Positions 48,006 through 58,000 are shown, numbered from the stretch's first letter. The stretch is 64,000 nt of DNA from Promethearchaeota archaeon (GCA_019894975.1 JAGXNO010000002.1:96001-160000); one strand, 5' to 3'. Numbers and translations are program-made. Notes: a model not told the origin generated them from the letters alone.

Positions 48006-48875
48006 ATGACAATATATGAACTTAGTATCATTTCAACGACAGGTTTCCCATATTATAATGCTGTAATTAATCCCGTACCTGAAGGTGTAAAAATTTTCCT
48101 TAGATTTTTTGATTTCTCTAAAGATAAATCTTTACTTCATGATCAATTAGATCCTGATTCAAAATTCGATCTAACTGCAGGGTTAATATCAGCATTATTT
48201 GAATTTGCAAGAAACATCGATAAAAAAATTGAAAGATTAGAATTTAAAGCAAAAAAAGCAAATGAAGCACCTAAAAAAAGTAAAAATGAGAACCCATTTG
48301 AAGGAGATGTGTTAATTACCACCCAGACTGAATCTTTTTTATTACATAAATCGGTAAAAGAAAAGATAAAACTAATCTATAATAACTTTATTAACATTAA
48401 AACCCCCCTTGACTCTGCGGATTCAATAATAGAAAATGAAGAAAAGAGAATAATTGATATCTTAACTGATTCCAAAGCAAGAAAGCATATTACAGACCAT
48501 CAAAGTGAAATTAAACGTGCAGCAAATGGTTTCTTAAGCGAAATGAAAGAATACGGGTTATGGGGTATATGTTTAACATCTTTCGATCTCTCTCCAATTA
48601 TTGCTTACGGCAAGAAATATTCTCTAATTGATATTAATGAAATCTTAAGACGCATTGGGTTTATACCAGATATTATTCCCTTAGAGTGGATTTATAGAAC
48701 TTCATTTCTCTCTGATAAACAAATTCAAGTGTGTATTATAAAATCAGGTGTAGGAATTACAGTTGAAGAATCTCTATTTGAACCATATTTTTATCTGCTT
48801 TTTGCAGATCCACAAAGTTATTTTGGGGAATTCCCAGAAAAATTAACAATCGCATTTAACAACATACTAGGATGA
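48006..48875 (+). CDS. Longin-like domain protein (Asgard type)
   Basis: N-terminal beta-hairpin IYELSIISTTGFPYY followed by helix DLTAGLISALFEFAR, the usual longin opening pattern. Confidence 0.5.
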   Translation: MTIYELSIISTTGFPYYNAVINPVPEGVKIFLRFFDFSKDKSLLHDQLDPDSKFDLTAGLISALFEFARNIDKKIERLEFKAKKANEAPKKSKNENPFEGDVLITTQTESFLLHKSVKEKIKLIYNNFINIKTPLDSADSIIENEEKRIIDILTDSKARKHITDHQSEIKRAANGFLSEMKEYGLWGICLTSFDLSPIIAYGKKYSLIDINEILRRIGFIPDIIPLEWIYRTSFLSDKQIQVCIIKSGVGITVEESLFEPYFYLLFADPQSYFGEFPEKLTIAFNNILG

Positions 48876-48946
48876 AATTAATTCATTCTTAAGTCAATAG
48901 AAAATTTGACTATATTTTGGTTAAATTTAGTTCTAAAAATAATGTT

Positions 48947-49717
48947 CTAATTAATTGTCTTTTCAGCAGCATTTATTATATGAGCTAATGAATCTGCTTG
49001 AAGTGAAGCACCTCCTACCAAACCACCGTCAATATTCGCTTTTCTAAATAGATCTTCAGCATTGGTAGGTTTAATCGATCCACCATATTGAATCCTTATC
49101 GAGTTGGCTGCTTCCTTATCAAATTTTTGTCTTAAAGTTTCGCGTATGTAAATATGAATTTCCTCGGCTTGTTCTGGAGTAGCTGTTTTCCCTGTACCTA
49201 TTGCCCAAATTGGTTCGTATGCAATCACTGTCTTTATAATCTCTTCTTTATCAAGATCCTTAAAAGTTCCATCTATTTGAGATTTAATTACCTCTTTAGT
49301 TCTACCAGATTCTCTTTCTTCTAAATGTTCCCCAATACAAACTATAGGTTTTAAACCAACCTGCAAGGCTTTCTTTAATTTTCTATTAATCAAATCATCT
49401 GATTCATTGAAAATATTTCTTCTTTCGCTGTGCCCTAGAATCACATATTCCACACCTATTTCTTTTAAAAAATTTGGTGAAATTTCCCCTGTAAATGCAC
49501 CAGTTTCTTCATAATACATGTTTTGAGCTCCGAGTTTTATGTTAGTCTTCTTTACAATATTAAAAGTCTCTATTAAACTAGTAAATGGAGGAGCGATCAT
49601 AACCTCAACATTATCACTCTTTTTTATTAAAGGAATTAATGCTTTAAGCATCTCCTTAGATTCATTTGGGGTACCTCTATTCATTTTCCAATTTCCCCCA
49701 ATTATTGGTATTCTCAT
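48947..49717 (-). CDS. tpiA: Triosephosphate isomerase (bacterial/eukaryotic type)
   Basis: GGNWKMN, GAFTGEIS, GHSERR, AYEPIWAIGTG, YGGS, GGLVGGASL. Confidence 0.97.
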   Translation of the reverse strand: MRIPIIGGNWKMNRGTPNESKEMLKALIPLIKKSDNVEVMIAPPFTSLIETFNIVKKTNIKLGAQNMYYEETGAFTGEISPNFLKEIGVEYVILGHSERRNIFNESDDLINRKLKKALQVGLKPIVCIGEHLEERESGRTKEVIKSQIDGTFKDLDKEEIIKTVIAYEPIWAIGTGKTATPEQAEEIHIYIRETLRQKFDKEAANSIRIQYGGSIKPTNAEDLFRKANIDGGLVGGASLQADSLAHIINAAEKTIN

Positions 49718-49842
49718 TTTAATGTGCCTTAAATCTTATTTAAGTAGTATAATTTATGGATATAATTCAATTAAGGTTTAGAAACTATAAATTTCTAACG
49801 TAAAATGCAAAAAAAATAAAATCAAAAAGAAGAGAAATAACC

Positions 49843-50346
49843 TTACTCCGCTTTTGGGAGTTTTTCAGGTAAATGTGTTGCTTCTAAAAGCTTTTTTACT
49901 TCTTCTATATCGGGGGCCATTATTGCAGGCAAACCTAATTGAGTGCGTCTCCTTTCTATAGCAGGTTGCATTGGGATTGCTTTACCATGTTCCAAAACAG
50001 TCGATGCTTGACCTGTATAATGAGCTGGTGCTTCTCCTCGTTCTACACTCATATTTTTTAATAGTGTAAAAATCTCAGTAAGTTCGACTTTTTGAGGGCA
50101 TACCTCGTCACAAGTATCACATACAGTACATCCCCAAATATTAAAAGCATTTTCTGGTCCAAATATTTTTTCTTTTAATCCTAATAAAGCATCAAGAATC
50201 AATCTTCTCGGATTATATCTACCCTCTGTTACTTGTGCCACAGGGCACGCACCACTACATGTAGCACACTGGTAACAATATGCTAGCGTATTACCAATAT
50301 CATGACTAAGGATTTGGTTTCTGAATTCAAAATCTATAGTTGCCAT
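49843..50346 (-). CDS. hdrC: Heterodisulfide reductase subunit C-like 2x[4Fe-4S] protein
   Basis: CYQCATCSGACP, YNPRR, WGCTVCDTCDEVCP, RRTQLGLP. Confidence 0.85.
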   Translation of the reverse strand: MATIDFEFRNQILSHDIGNTLAYCYQCATCSGACPVAQVTEGRYNPRRLILDALLGLKEKIFGPENAFNIWGCTVCDTCDEVCPQKVELTEIFTLLKNMSVERGEAPAHYTGQASTVLEHGKAIPMQPAIERRRTQLGLPAIMAPDIEEVKKLLEATHLPEKLPKAE

Positions 50347-50587
50347 ATCAATAATTCAGTTTATCTTAATATTAGGTAGTATAACTCATTGTCGATTTTA
50401 AAATTATTTCTTTTAATTTTCAATTTTTAAATTAGATATTATTATACAATTCAAAATTCTTTAAGTTAGGCAATACATGTTTAAATTTTTAAATTGTAAA
50501 TGAAATTAATAAAAGCGATTAAATATTTGATCTCCCAATAAAATACAACATAAACAAATTAGCTAAATACTCAAAAATGTAATTATT

Positions 50588-50944
50588 ATGACAAATATCG
50601 AAGAATTAAAAGAATTTGGACTCGATGTCCCCGATACCATGAAAGAAGGTAAGGTTATACTCGATGTCTATACAACTTGGTGCGGGCCTTGTAAATTCCT
50701 TAGCCCAATTCTGGAAAAACTAAAGATTGAGGGTTTAATCAAACTAATAAAAGAGGACCTTGACAAGAATAGACCTCTAGGCGAACGATTCAATGTTACC
50801 GCTATTCCCACCTTAATTTTCTTCAATAATGGTGAACTCTTGAACCACCCAATAGAGGTACAAGGCCAAATGTTGGTGAAAAATGGATTGATGGTTGGGG
50901 CCGCCGGCGAAACCGTCCTTCGGGAAATAGTAGCCGCAATGTAA
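50588..50944 (+). CDS. trxA: Thioredoxin
   Basis: WCGPC, AIPT. Confidence 0.88.
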   Translation: MTNIEELKEFGLDVPDTMKEGKVILDVYTTWCGPCKFLSPILEKLKIEGLIKLIKEDLDKNRPLGERFNVTAIPTLIFFNNGELLNHPIEVQGQMLVKNGLMVGAAGETVLREIVAAM

Positions 50945-51005
50945 TATCTAATAAAATAGGACGATTTTTTTATAAATTCATCTGATTAAGCACACATCTT
51001 TGATG

Positions 51006-51024
51006 GGATTTCTTAATGAAATCC
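51006..51024. repeat. Perfect 7-bp inverted repeat GGATTTC-TTAAT-GAAATCC
   Basis: Directly visible in the intergenic region between the thioredoxin and V4R genes. Confidence 0.6.
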
Positions 51025-51219
51025 AAAAATTCTTTTTCTTTATTAAATAATTTCAATATTAATCTGAGAAAAATGCAAATTTAGATAATCCTCATAAAAA
51101 CGAATTATCTGATTATACATTTGACAATCATACAAATAATCTATTAATTGAATTAAAAATTTTTTATTTAATGAAATTTTTTCAATACTAAACTTAATTT
51201 AAGAAAGTAAAATAGGACT

Positions 51220-51732
51220 ATGAATTTTTCGAGGAAAGAATTAATAGAATCAGATGCAACAATGAACCAGATGAGAAATGCCATTTATGAGTTAGCTCGT
51301 ATTATGGAGAAAAATGGAATATCAGATTTAAAAAACAAATTACGCGGGATGGGAAAAGAAATGGGTAAAACTTTTCCTAACTATTGGAAACCAACTGAGA
51401 CAGTTACCTTGTCTAATATAAAGGATGTAATTACTACCATTTATCAAAAAATTTTGAATAGTTCTATTTCGATTGAGATAGATGAATCGAAGAATATAAT
51501 AAAAGTGCGAGATCAAAATTGCGCTCTTTGTAAATATCATTATGATGATATAGAAATTGCCGGATGTGAAATTATTATAGGAATGGTTTCTGAGATTATT
51601 TCTCATATAAGTAAAGAATCTAATGATGCTTCAGAGTTTTCTTTCGAACCATTTGAAATTTTAGAATCTCGAGCATTTGGAAATAAAACATGTATTCAAG
51701 TATATAAATATAAAGTAAAAATGAGGGGCTAA
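51220..51732 (+). CDS. V4R / Bet3(TRAPP)-like domain protein
   Basis: LRGMGKEMG helix, CALC, CEIIIGMV, ESRAFGNKTC: the HNOX/V4R/Bet3 fold pattern. Confidence 0.65.
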   Translation: MNFSRKELIESDATMNQMRNAIYELARIMEKNGISDLKNKLRGMGKEMGKTFPNYWKPTETVTLSNIKDVITTIYQKILNSSISIEIDESKNIIKVRDQNCALCKYHYDDIEIAGCEIIIGMVSEIISHISKESNDASEFSFEPFEILESRAFGNKTCIQVYKYKVKMRG

Positions 51733-51734
51733 AA

Positions 51735-53204
51735 ATGGGAGCATTTCAGTGGTTAATGAAAAAAATTACAAAAGTTTTTGGCCGGTCTACTAATGCTTTA
51801 TTCTATACATTACTTTATAGGGAAATTCTTAAGGAAATTAATGAAATTTCTAAGAATGAAGAAGATAGCCTAGTTATACTTAGAGAGATCGGAAGAAGAG
51901 CGGGTTATGAATCCTGTGAACGTCATTCTAACATCTTTAAATTTATGCCAGGATCTCCTCAAAAAATTTTAGATTACTTTGAGATTCTATGGGTCATTGT
52001 ATTTGGAACGGAGTTAGATGATTATTCTTATGAAGAAATTCCTAAAGAAGGTAAATATAATGATTACGTTATGAAAATCAGTAAATGCCCAGTTTGTGCA
52101 GGGTATGGTCAAGATAAGGAAGATTCATTTGATTTCAATAAAATTAGATCAGAATCAGTTGAAGGTTTAGCTTGTGGACTTTGCGGAATGCTAGAAAGTG
52201 TCGCTAATTACATTTTAAAGATAAAAAGGAATGATTATCGTATTGAAATAGTTGAACAAGCCTGTATAGCAAGAGGAGGAGATTGTTTACAATTCATTTG
52301 TAAGATCCATGATTATAAAGAATGGCAAGAACTTATGGATTCAAGAGTAAAAAGAAGAAATGCTCTAGGAATAAATCTTGGTGAGAGTTTAGAAGAGGAA
52401 GAGATCATCCAAGAAACTAAACTTGATATTATTGACAAACTCCAAGACGTTATATCAATTGATAAATTAGAGGAATACCTTGACGAGCCATTAGAAACTA
52501 TAAAGGAAAAAGTTTCTGACATTATAAGAGATAAGTTGAATATGGAACCTGACCACTTTTTTGATTACTTCCGGAATTATGAGGAGGATATGATTAAAAT
52601 TATTGGCTATTTAGGTATTCACCTCTTAAATGAGTATGGGGGATTGCTTGAAAAAGCCCTCAAGAATGAGTGGTTAGCAAAAGTTTTTGGATATATTTTT
52701 AGACAACTTAAAGAAATGACCTTACTTTTTATCCCACTTGATGTAATCCGAGATTATAATGAATTGCTTGTTAGTTTTCTTGATGGTTTGGCTCCCGTAG
52801 AAATGGTGGATAATGTAAAACAATTCACCGGAAGAGATACAATAAACTTCCTTTTTGAAGGAGCTCAGATGGCCCTTGAAAACTTAGGTATTGAGTTCTC
52901 CGAATTAAAAGAGAATGTGTGGGAAGAATTAAAGAAAGAAAGGGAAGATGATTTAATTCCTTCCGAAACAACAACAATTGATAAAACTCGGGAAAGTATC
53001 CCTCAAATTATAAGCATTGTCCAAGAAATATTGATGATCTTTAATGATATACTTACCTTACCAATTAGAGTTTTAATCTCTGAAAGTCATTATGGGTTAA
53101 AAACAGCAATCAATTCTGTTGTCTCTGAAGAAGAGGGCCTTTATGGGTCAATAAAGGAGCGTTTTGATAATATATTTGACCACATCGAAGAAATAAGAAA
53201 ATAA
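51735..53204 (+). CDS. V4R / Bet3-like N-terminal domain plus acidic all-helical C-terminal region
   Basis: LREIGRRAG, CPVC, CGLCGML, EQACIARGGDCLQF; 2 nt downstream of the first V4R gene. Confidence 0.65.
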   Translation: MGAFQWLMKKITKVFGRSTNALFYTLLYREILKEINEISKNEEDSLVILREIGRRAGYESCERHSNIFKFMPGSPQKILDYFEILWVIVFGTELDDYSYEEIPKEGKYNDYVMKISKCPVCAGYGQDKEDSFDFNKIRSESVEGLACGLCGMLESVANYILKIKRNDYRIEIVEQACIARGGDCLQFICKIHDYKEWQELMDSRVKRRNALGINLGESLEEEEIIQETKLDIIDKLQDVISIDKLEEYLDEPLETIKEKVSDIIRDKLNMEPDHFFDYFRNYEEDMIKIIGYLGIHLLNEYGGLLEKALKNEWLAKVFGYIFRQLKEMTLLFIPLDVIRDYNELLVSFLDGLAPVEMVDNVKQFTGRDTINFLFEGAQMALENLGIEFSELKENVWEELKKEREDDLIPSETTTIDKTRESIPQIISIVQEILMIFNDILTLPIRVLISESHYGLKTAINSVVSEEEGLYGSIKERFDNIFDHIEEIRK

Positions 53205-53224
53205 ATTTTTACAAATTTTTTGAA

Positions 53225-54643
53225 TTAACCTCTTTCTTTAATATAAAAATAGTACATCTGATCTACTACATATTGCCAGAAAAATCTTTCTCTTAGAACA
53301 TCATAATGAGATTTTCCTTTTAGACTCGTCAATTTGGCTATATCTTCAGATTTAATTTTCCCCTCCTTAACTAAATCCATTCGAGCCATAAATTGATCTT
53401 TTAGCTTGATATTCCTTAAAATAAGAGAAATTGCCTTCGAAATCTTACTGATTATTTCCTGTAATTCAATACTATCATCTTGTCGAAAAACATCAATTTG
53501 ACCTAAGAAATCCTTAACTCTAACCAAAATTTGATTCTTATCATAATAGCCAATTTTTTTATCTGGATTAAGATTTTCAGACAAATAAAAGATAATCTTC
53601 TCTATAATCTGTTCATTAATATTAAAACTTGATAATTCTTTCGTTAGCTTACCTAAAAACTTTCTCTTTAAATATTGTTTAAATTTAATTATGATGGCTT
53701 CAGTTTCTTTTTGATCAGAACATATTTCAATAATTTCTCCTTTTGGGGTTGAATATGTAAAACCAAATCCCTGTGGTCCCAATCCTCCAAGGAGAACCAT
53801 GGAAATACTAAAAAACTTGTAAAGCTTTCCCCCTGAAATATTATCTATGTTTTTTAAAATATTTTCTGGTGAAATAAAATGCATTTTTTGAGCAAATTCT
53901 ATACTAATCCTCTCAAGATCATAATTTAACACGGGATAAGGAATTTTTATGTACATATATTTATCTTCCTTATAGTTCAAATGAACACTATCTTTATCAG
54001 GTTTGTTTATAGAGGAAAAATAATGTTCCTTGAATTTTTCCATGAACTCTCGTGCAGAACTTAAGTATCTTACACTTAGGCCATAAATGGTATACTGATT
54101 AAAAAAGTGGTTTTTAACATTATACATAAAACTATCTCTATCTGGGAAATATTCATTTGTAACCTCCTTGAGATAATTATAAAGAATTTTTGGAAATTCT
54201 AAATACACATAATTAATTAGCGAGTCTGATACTCTTCCAAACAAATCGGTAAGATTATTTAAAAAATGCGCATCCTGTTTGATTAAATTTATTGCCTTCA
54301 ATTCTTCTGGACTTATTTCCTTTGTTAAAAGTCCATATTCATTACAGGCTCTTATAATATCAATTTGGTCTCCTAAAGCAGAAATATGATATTCATTTAC
54401 AATTCTTTTAGTACAATTTAGAAGTAGTTCTGAAATATATTCAAATCGCTGGGGGATTTTATTTATATCTATAAAAATATCAAAATCCACGGATTTGTCA
54501 AATAAATTTTTGAAATTATTAAAATCACCCACTTCGAGATACGTTGCTAATCCATGATAATATTTTTTTTCAAGAGCACTTTTATCTTTTGAAACTGAAA
54601 AAATTACTTTGAGTTGCTCTAAAAAATCATCTGAATGCTTCAT
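53225..54643 (-). CDS. Hypothetical protein with a Gly-rich motif
   Basis: 472-aa ORF containing GGLGPQGFGFTYSTPKGEIIEICSD; co-oriented downstream of the roadblock gene. Confidence 0.6.
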   Translation of the reverse strand: MKHSDDFLEQLKVIFSVSKDKSALEKKYYHGLATYLEVGDFNNFKNLFDKSVDFDIFIDINKIPQRFEYISELLLNCTKRIVNEYHISALGDQIDIIRACNEYGLLTKEISPEELKAINLIKQDAHFLNNLTDLFGRVSDSLINYVYLEFPKILYNYLKEVTNEYFPDRDSFMYNVKNHFFNQYTIYGLSVRYLSSAREFMEKFKEHYFSSINKPDKDSVHLNYKEDKYMYIKIPYPVLNYDLERISIEFAQKMHFISPENILKNIDNISGGKLYKFFSISMVLLGGLGPQGFGFTYSTPKGEIIEICSDQKETEAIIIKFKQYLKRKFLGKLTKELSSFNINEQIIEKIIFYLSENLNPDKKIGYYDKNQILVRVKDFLGQIDVFRQDDSIELQEIISKISKAISLILRNIKLKDQFMARMDLVKEGKIKSEDIAKLTSLKGKSHYDVLRERFFWQYVVDQMYYFYIKERG

Positions 54644-54682
54644 AAAACTAATGATTACGAATTTGTTAAATCGTAAGATATA

Positions 54683-55054
54683 TTAATCTAAAAGACGAGC
54701 AATATTCTGTGAAACACTTTGAATATTGAGAAATACCATCCCAAGAGATGCATCAGCTTTACAAAGAGTACAGAGAATTGCATTTTCTCCGCTTTTTGAC
54801 AAGATAATGTTACCCTCGACACCTTCTATAAGGATTCGTTTTAAATCCCCTCGAGCAAGTTCTTCTACAGCACGTTCAGAGACGCTTAAAATGGCAGCAC
54901 TCATCGCTGAGACTATTCCGTCATTTACATCCCTAGCAAGAGCAGAACATATTGGTAGACCTTGCACACTCACTATCGCCGAACCTTGAATATCCGGATT
55001 AACTGCTTCCATTTGCCTTAAAAGATCGGTGAGTTCAGCGATGTTTTCACTCAA
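54683..55054 (-). CDS. Roadblock/LC7 (MglB-like) protein
   Basis: IQGSAIVSVQGLPICSAL, VSAMSAAILSVSERAVEELARG, ILIEG..G, LGMVF. Confidence 0.92.
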   Translation of the reverse strand: MSENIAELTDLLRQMEAVNPDIQGSAIVSVQGLPICSALARDVNDGIVSAMSAAILSVSERAVEELARGDLKRILIEGVEGNIILSKSGENAILCTLCKADASLGMVFLNIQSVSQNIARLLD

Positions 55055-55212
55055 AAATTAATCAACTTGAATAAATAAGTGTTAATATTCTAATAATAAA
55101 GTTATATTATAAAATTATTTTTATTTTTGATATAATTTTAATGTTAACTTTAATATTAAAGTTAATACTTATTTAAAAAATATTTTTATCAAAATCCACA
55201 TTAGTAATTTTA

Positions 55213-56190
55213 ATGACTGAGAATCAAAAATCAAATAGTGAAACACAAGAAAAAAAAAGTAAGGAAGAATTGGAAAAAGAAGAAGAAGAACGAATTAAAT
55301 TAGAATCACTTAGAAAAGCAGGAAAAATCGCTAAGGAAGTAAAAGAATACATTAAACCCAGAATCAAGGTGGGAACCAGTGTTTTAGATATTGTTTCAAT
55401 AACTGAGGCGAAAATTGAAGAATTAGGTGGTTTGTGTGCTTTTCCTGTAAATTTATGTGTAAATAATATTGCAGCACATTATACTTCTCCCTTAAAAGAT
55501 GATGGGTTAATGATTAGTGAGGATGACTTAGTTAAAATTGATTTAGGTGTGCATATCGAAGGATATATTGTCGATTCTGCATTTTCAGTTAATTTTAACG
55601 AAGACGAATCACTTGAAAATATTATACAATCCACTGAAGTTGCTCTTGATGCAGCAAAAATGATGGTAAAACCAAAGGTAAATACAAGAGATTTAGGGAA
55701 AAAAATTGAAGATATTGTACGAGGTTTTAATTATAATCCTATTAAAGAACTTGGTGGTCACCAAATCGAGAGATGGACTGTCCATGGGAAAAAGCAATTA
55801 CCTGAATTAGGTTCTCAAGGGGGAGATATCATGGAAGAGGGTGAAGTTTTTGGTATTGAAATTTTCGCTAGCACGGGTGAAGGATCAATACACAATACTC
55901 CGTATTCTCATATTTATGAGCTTAATCCATATGCTGGGAGGGTTCCTTTACGAAGAAAAGCATCTAAACAACTGTTAGGTTTCGTGAATAAGAATTACAA
56001 AACATTACCCTTTGCTGAAAGATGGTTAGCTAAGGAATTCAGAATGGGTGTAGCCTTTGGGATTCATGAGTTAGTACAACAAGGAAAATTACAAGCTCAT
56101 TTTGTTTTAGCAGAAAAAAAGGGAGTTTTTGTAGCACAATCCGAAGAAACTATTTTAGTTACAGAAGAAGGATATGAACAACTGACTTAA
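55213..56190 (+). CDS. map: Methionine aminopeptidase type II
   Basis: AFPVN, AAHYT, KIDLGVHIEGYIVDSA, LGGH, GIEIF, TLPFAERW, VAQSEET. Confidence 0.93.
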   Translation: MTENQKSNSETQEKKSKEELEKEEEERIKLESLRKAGKIAKEVKEYIKPRIKVGTSVLDIVSITEAKIEELGGLCAFPVNLCVNNIAAHYTSPLKDDGLMISEDDLVKIDLGVHIEGYIVDSAFSVNFNEDESLENIIQSTEVALDAAKMMVKPKVNTRDLGKKIEDIVRGFNYNPIKELGGHQIERWTVHGKKQLPELGSQGGDIMEEGEVFGIEIFASTGEGSIHNTPYSHIYELNPYAGRVPLRRKASKQLLGFVNKNYKTLPFAERWLAKEFRMGVAFGIHELVQQGKLQAHFVLAEKKGVFVAQSEETILVTEEGYEQLT

Positions 56191-56202
56191 AACAGATAAA
56201 AT

Positions 56203-57141
56203 TTAGTTTTTCCATGATTTTATTAAATCTTTAATTTTCTCCTTAATGTTCTTTTCATTTAAGCCGTAGAAGTCTAACAGTTTCTCTCTCTTTCCAGATT
56301 GTCCAAATGATTCCTCAATACCAATGAATTTCATGGGAATAGGAAAAGATTCAGAAATAATCCTAGCTAAGATACTCCCAAATCCACAATATATATTATG
56401 TTCTTCAAGAGATAAAACTCCTTTTGTATTAGACACCTCATTTTTTAAAGCACCAATATCAATTGGTTTAATAGTGGATTGATTAATAACTTTTATCGAA
56501 ATTTTTAACTCCTTCTCAATATAAGGTGCGGATTTCAAAGCTAGTGAAGTACAATAACCCGTTCCTATTAAACAAATATCATCACCCTCCTTAACTACAT
56601 CTGGTTTTCCAATATGAAATTTATAGTCTTCATTATGAATTTTGGGAAATGAACCTCTAGGTAATCTGACATAAAAAGGACCATTTGTATTAAATATATA
56701 TTCTAACATTTCAATAAGTTCAATATTGTCTGATGGGTTTAAAATATTTAAATTAGGAAGGGAAGACATTAGACTTAAATCTTCTAAAGCATTATGAGTA
56801 CTTCCATCTCCCCCAACTAAGCCACTATGAGTTGTGATAATCTTTATGTTTAGATTATCATGACATGCTAATCTAATGAATTCCCATGCTCTACCTGTAG
56901 TAAAGATTGAAAAACCACTTACAACTGGTACTTTTCCGGAAATTGCGAAACCTAAGGCCGTACCTAGCATATTTTGCTCCGCTATCCCCATGTTAAAGAA
57001 TCTATCAGGATATTCTTTAGCAAATTTATTAGTCCTTGTCGAAGAGGATAAATCAGAATCTAAGACCACAATGGTTCTATTTAGATTACCAATATTCACC
57101 AAATACTCGCCAAAAGTATCCCTAAGGTCCTTTTCATACAT
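56203..57141 (-). CDS. tkt: Transketolase, C-terminal (pyrimidine-binding) subunit
   Basis: DSDLSSST, RFFNMGIAEQN, DGSTH.ALED, GPFYVR, EEH, FGQSG. Confidence 0.92.
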   Translation of the reverse strand: MYEKDLRDTFGEYLVNIGNLNRTIVVLDSDLSSSTRTNKFAKEYPDRFFNMGIAEQNMLGTALGFAISGKVPVVSGFSIFTTGRAWEFIRLACHDNLNIKIITTHSGLVGGDGSTHNALEDLSLMSSLPNLNILNPSDNIELIEMLEYIFNTNGPFYVRLPRGSFPKIHNEDYKFHIGKPDVVKEGDDICLIGTGYCTSLALKSAPYIEKELKISIKVINQSTIKPIDIGALKNEVSNTKGVLSLEEHNIYCGFGSILARIISESFPIPMKFIGIEESFGQSGKREKLLDFYGLNEKNIKEKIKDLIKSWKN

Positions 57142-58000
57142 TGTGAGAAATCCCTCTTTTTAATTCTTTCTCAATATCCTCAAGTTCTTTTAAAGCTAAT
57201 AAGAATTCTTCCTCATTTGGGGGGTGTCCATGATACTTATGGGTATGTTGCATGAATGAAATATCGGCACCCTTAATTAAATATGAAATTATAACTTTTG
57301 GCTTACCAACTATACTTTTGCATTTTTCAAATCCTTGTAAAATTTCATTAAGATTCGACCCATCAATTTCAATAACTTCCCATCCGAAAGCTCTCCATTT
57401 ATCTGCTAATGGCTCTAAAGCCATTATTTCTTCTGTAGATCCATCATTTTGAATACCATTTCTATCAATTATCGCAATTAGGTTATCTAATTTATATTGA
57501 CTCCCAGCCATTGCTGCTTCCCAAATCGAGCCCTCATTCAACTCTCCATCTCCTAATAATACATAAACCGTTCGTACTTCATTATCCAGTTTTGCGCTTA
57601 AAGCACAACCAAGCCCTATTGATAAACCCATTCCTAAAGAACCCGTGGATATTTCTATGCCAAGCTTTGAGTTTTTCACAGGATGTCCCTGTAGATCTGA
57701 ACCAATTTGCCTTAATGTAAATAGGTCACTCCTTTTTATATACCCTAATTTTGATAATACAGCATACAATGCTGGTGCTGCATGTCCTTTGCTTAATATA
57801 AATATATCTCTTTCATCCCATTGAGGATTCTCGAGTTTAATCCTCATAATTTTATTATAAAGAAGATAAATAGTAGTAACACAGGAAAGTGACCCCCCAG
57901 GATGACCAGATTGGGCTTGATAAATCATTTTCAATATATCTTTTTTTAAATCCAAAATGGTAAGTAAAATTTGATTCTGTTCTGCTTCTGATAATGTCAT
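57134..58000 (-). CDS. tkt: Transketolase, N-terminal (TPP-binding) subunit
   Basis: SGHPGGSLS, LSKGHAAP, LQGHP, STGSLG, GDGELNEG...DRN. Confidence 0.94.
   Translation of the reverse strand: MTLSEAEQNQILLTILDLKKDILKMIYQAQSGHPGGSLSCVTTIYLLYNKIMRIKLENPQWDERDIFILSKGHAAPALYAVLSKLGYIKRSDLFTLRQIGSDLQGHPVKNSKLGIEISTGSLGMGLSIGLGCALSAKLDNEVRTVYVLLGDGELNEGSIWEAAMAGSQYKLDNLIAIIDRNGIQNDGSTEEIMALEPLADKWRAFGWEVIEIDGSNLNEILQGFEKCKSIVGKPKVIISYLIKGADISFMQHTHKYHGHPPNEEEFLLALKELEDIEKELKRGISHNV

Noticed and set aside
50945-51060. Possible Lokiarchaeal SECIS or K-turn after the thioredoxin gene
   Set aside because: No convincing AUGA/GA quartet geometry, and neighbouring trx and hdrC have Cys codons with no in-frame TGA
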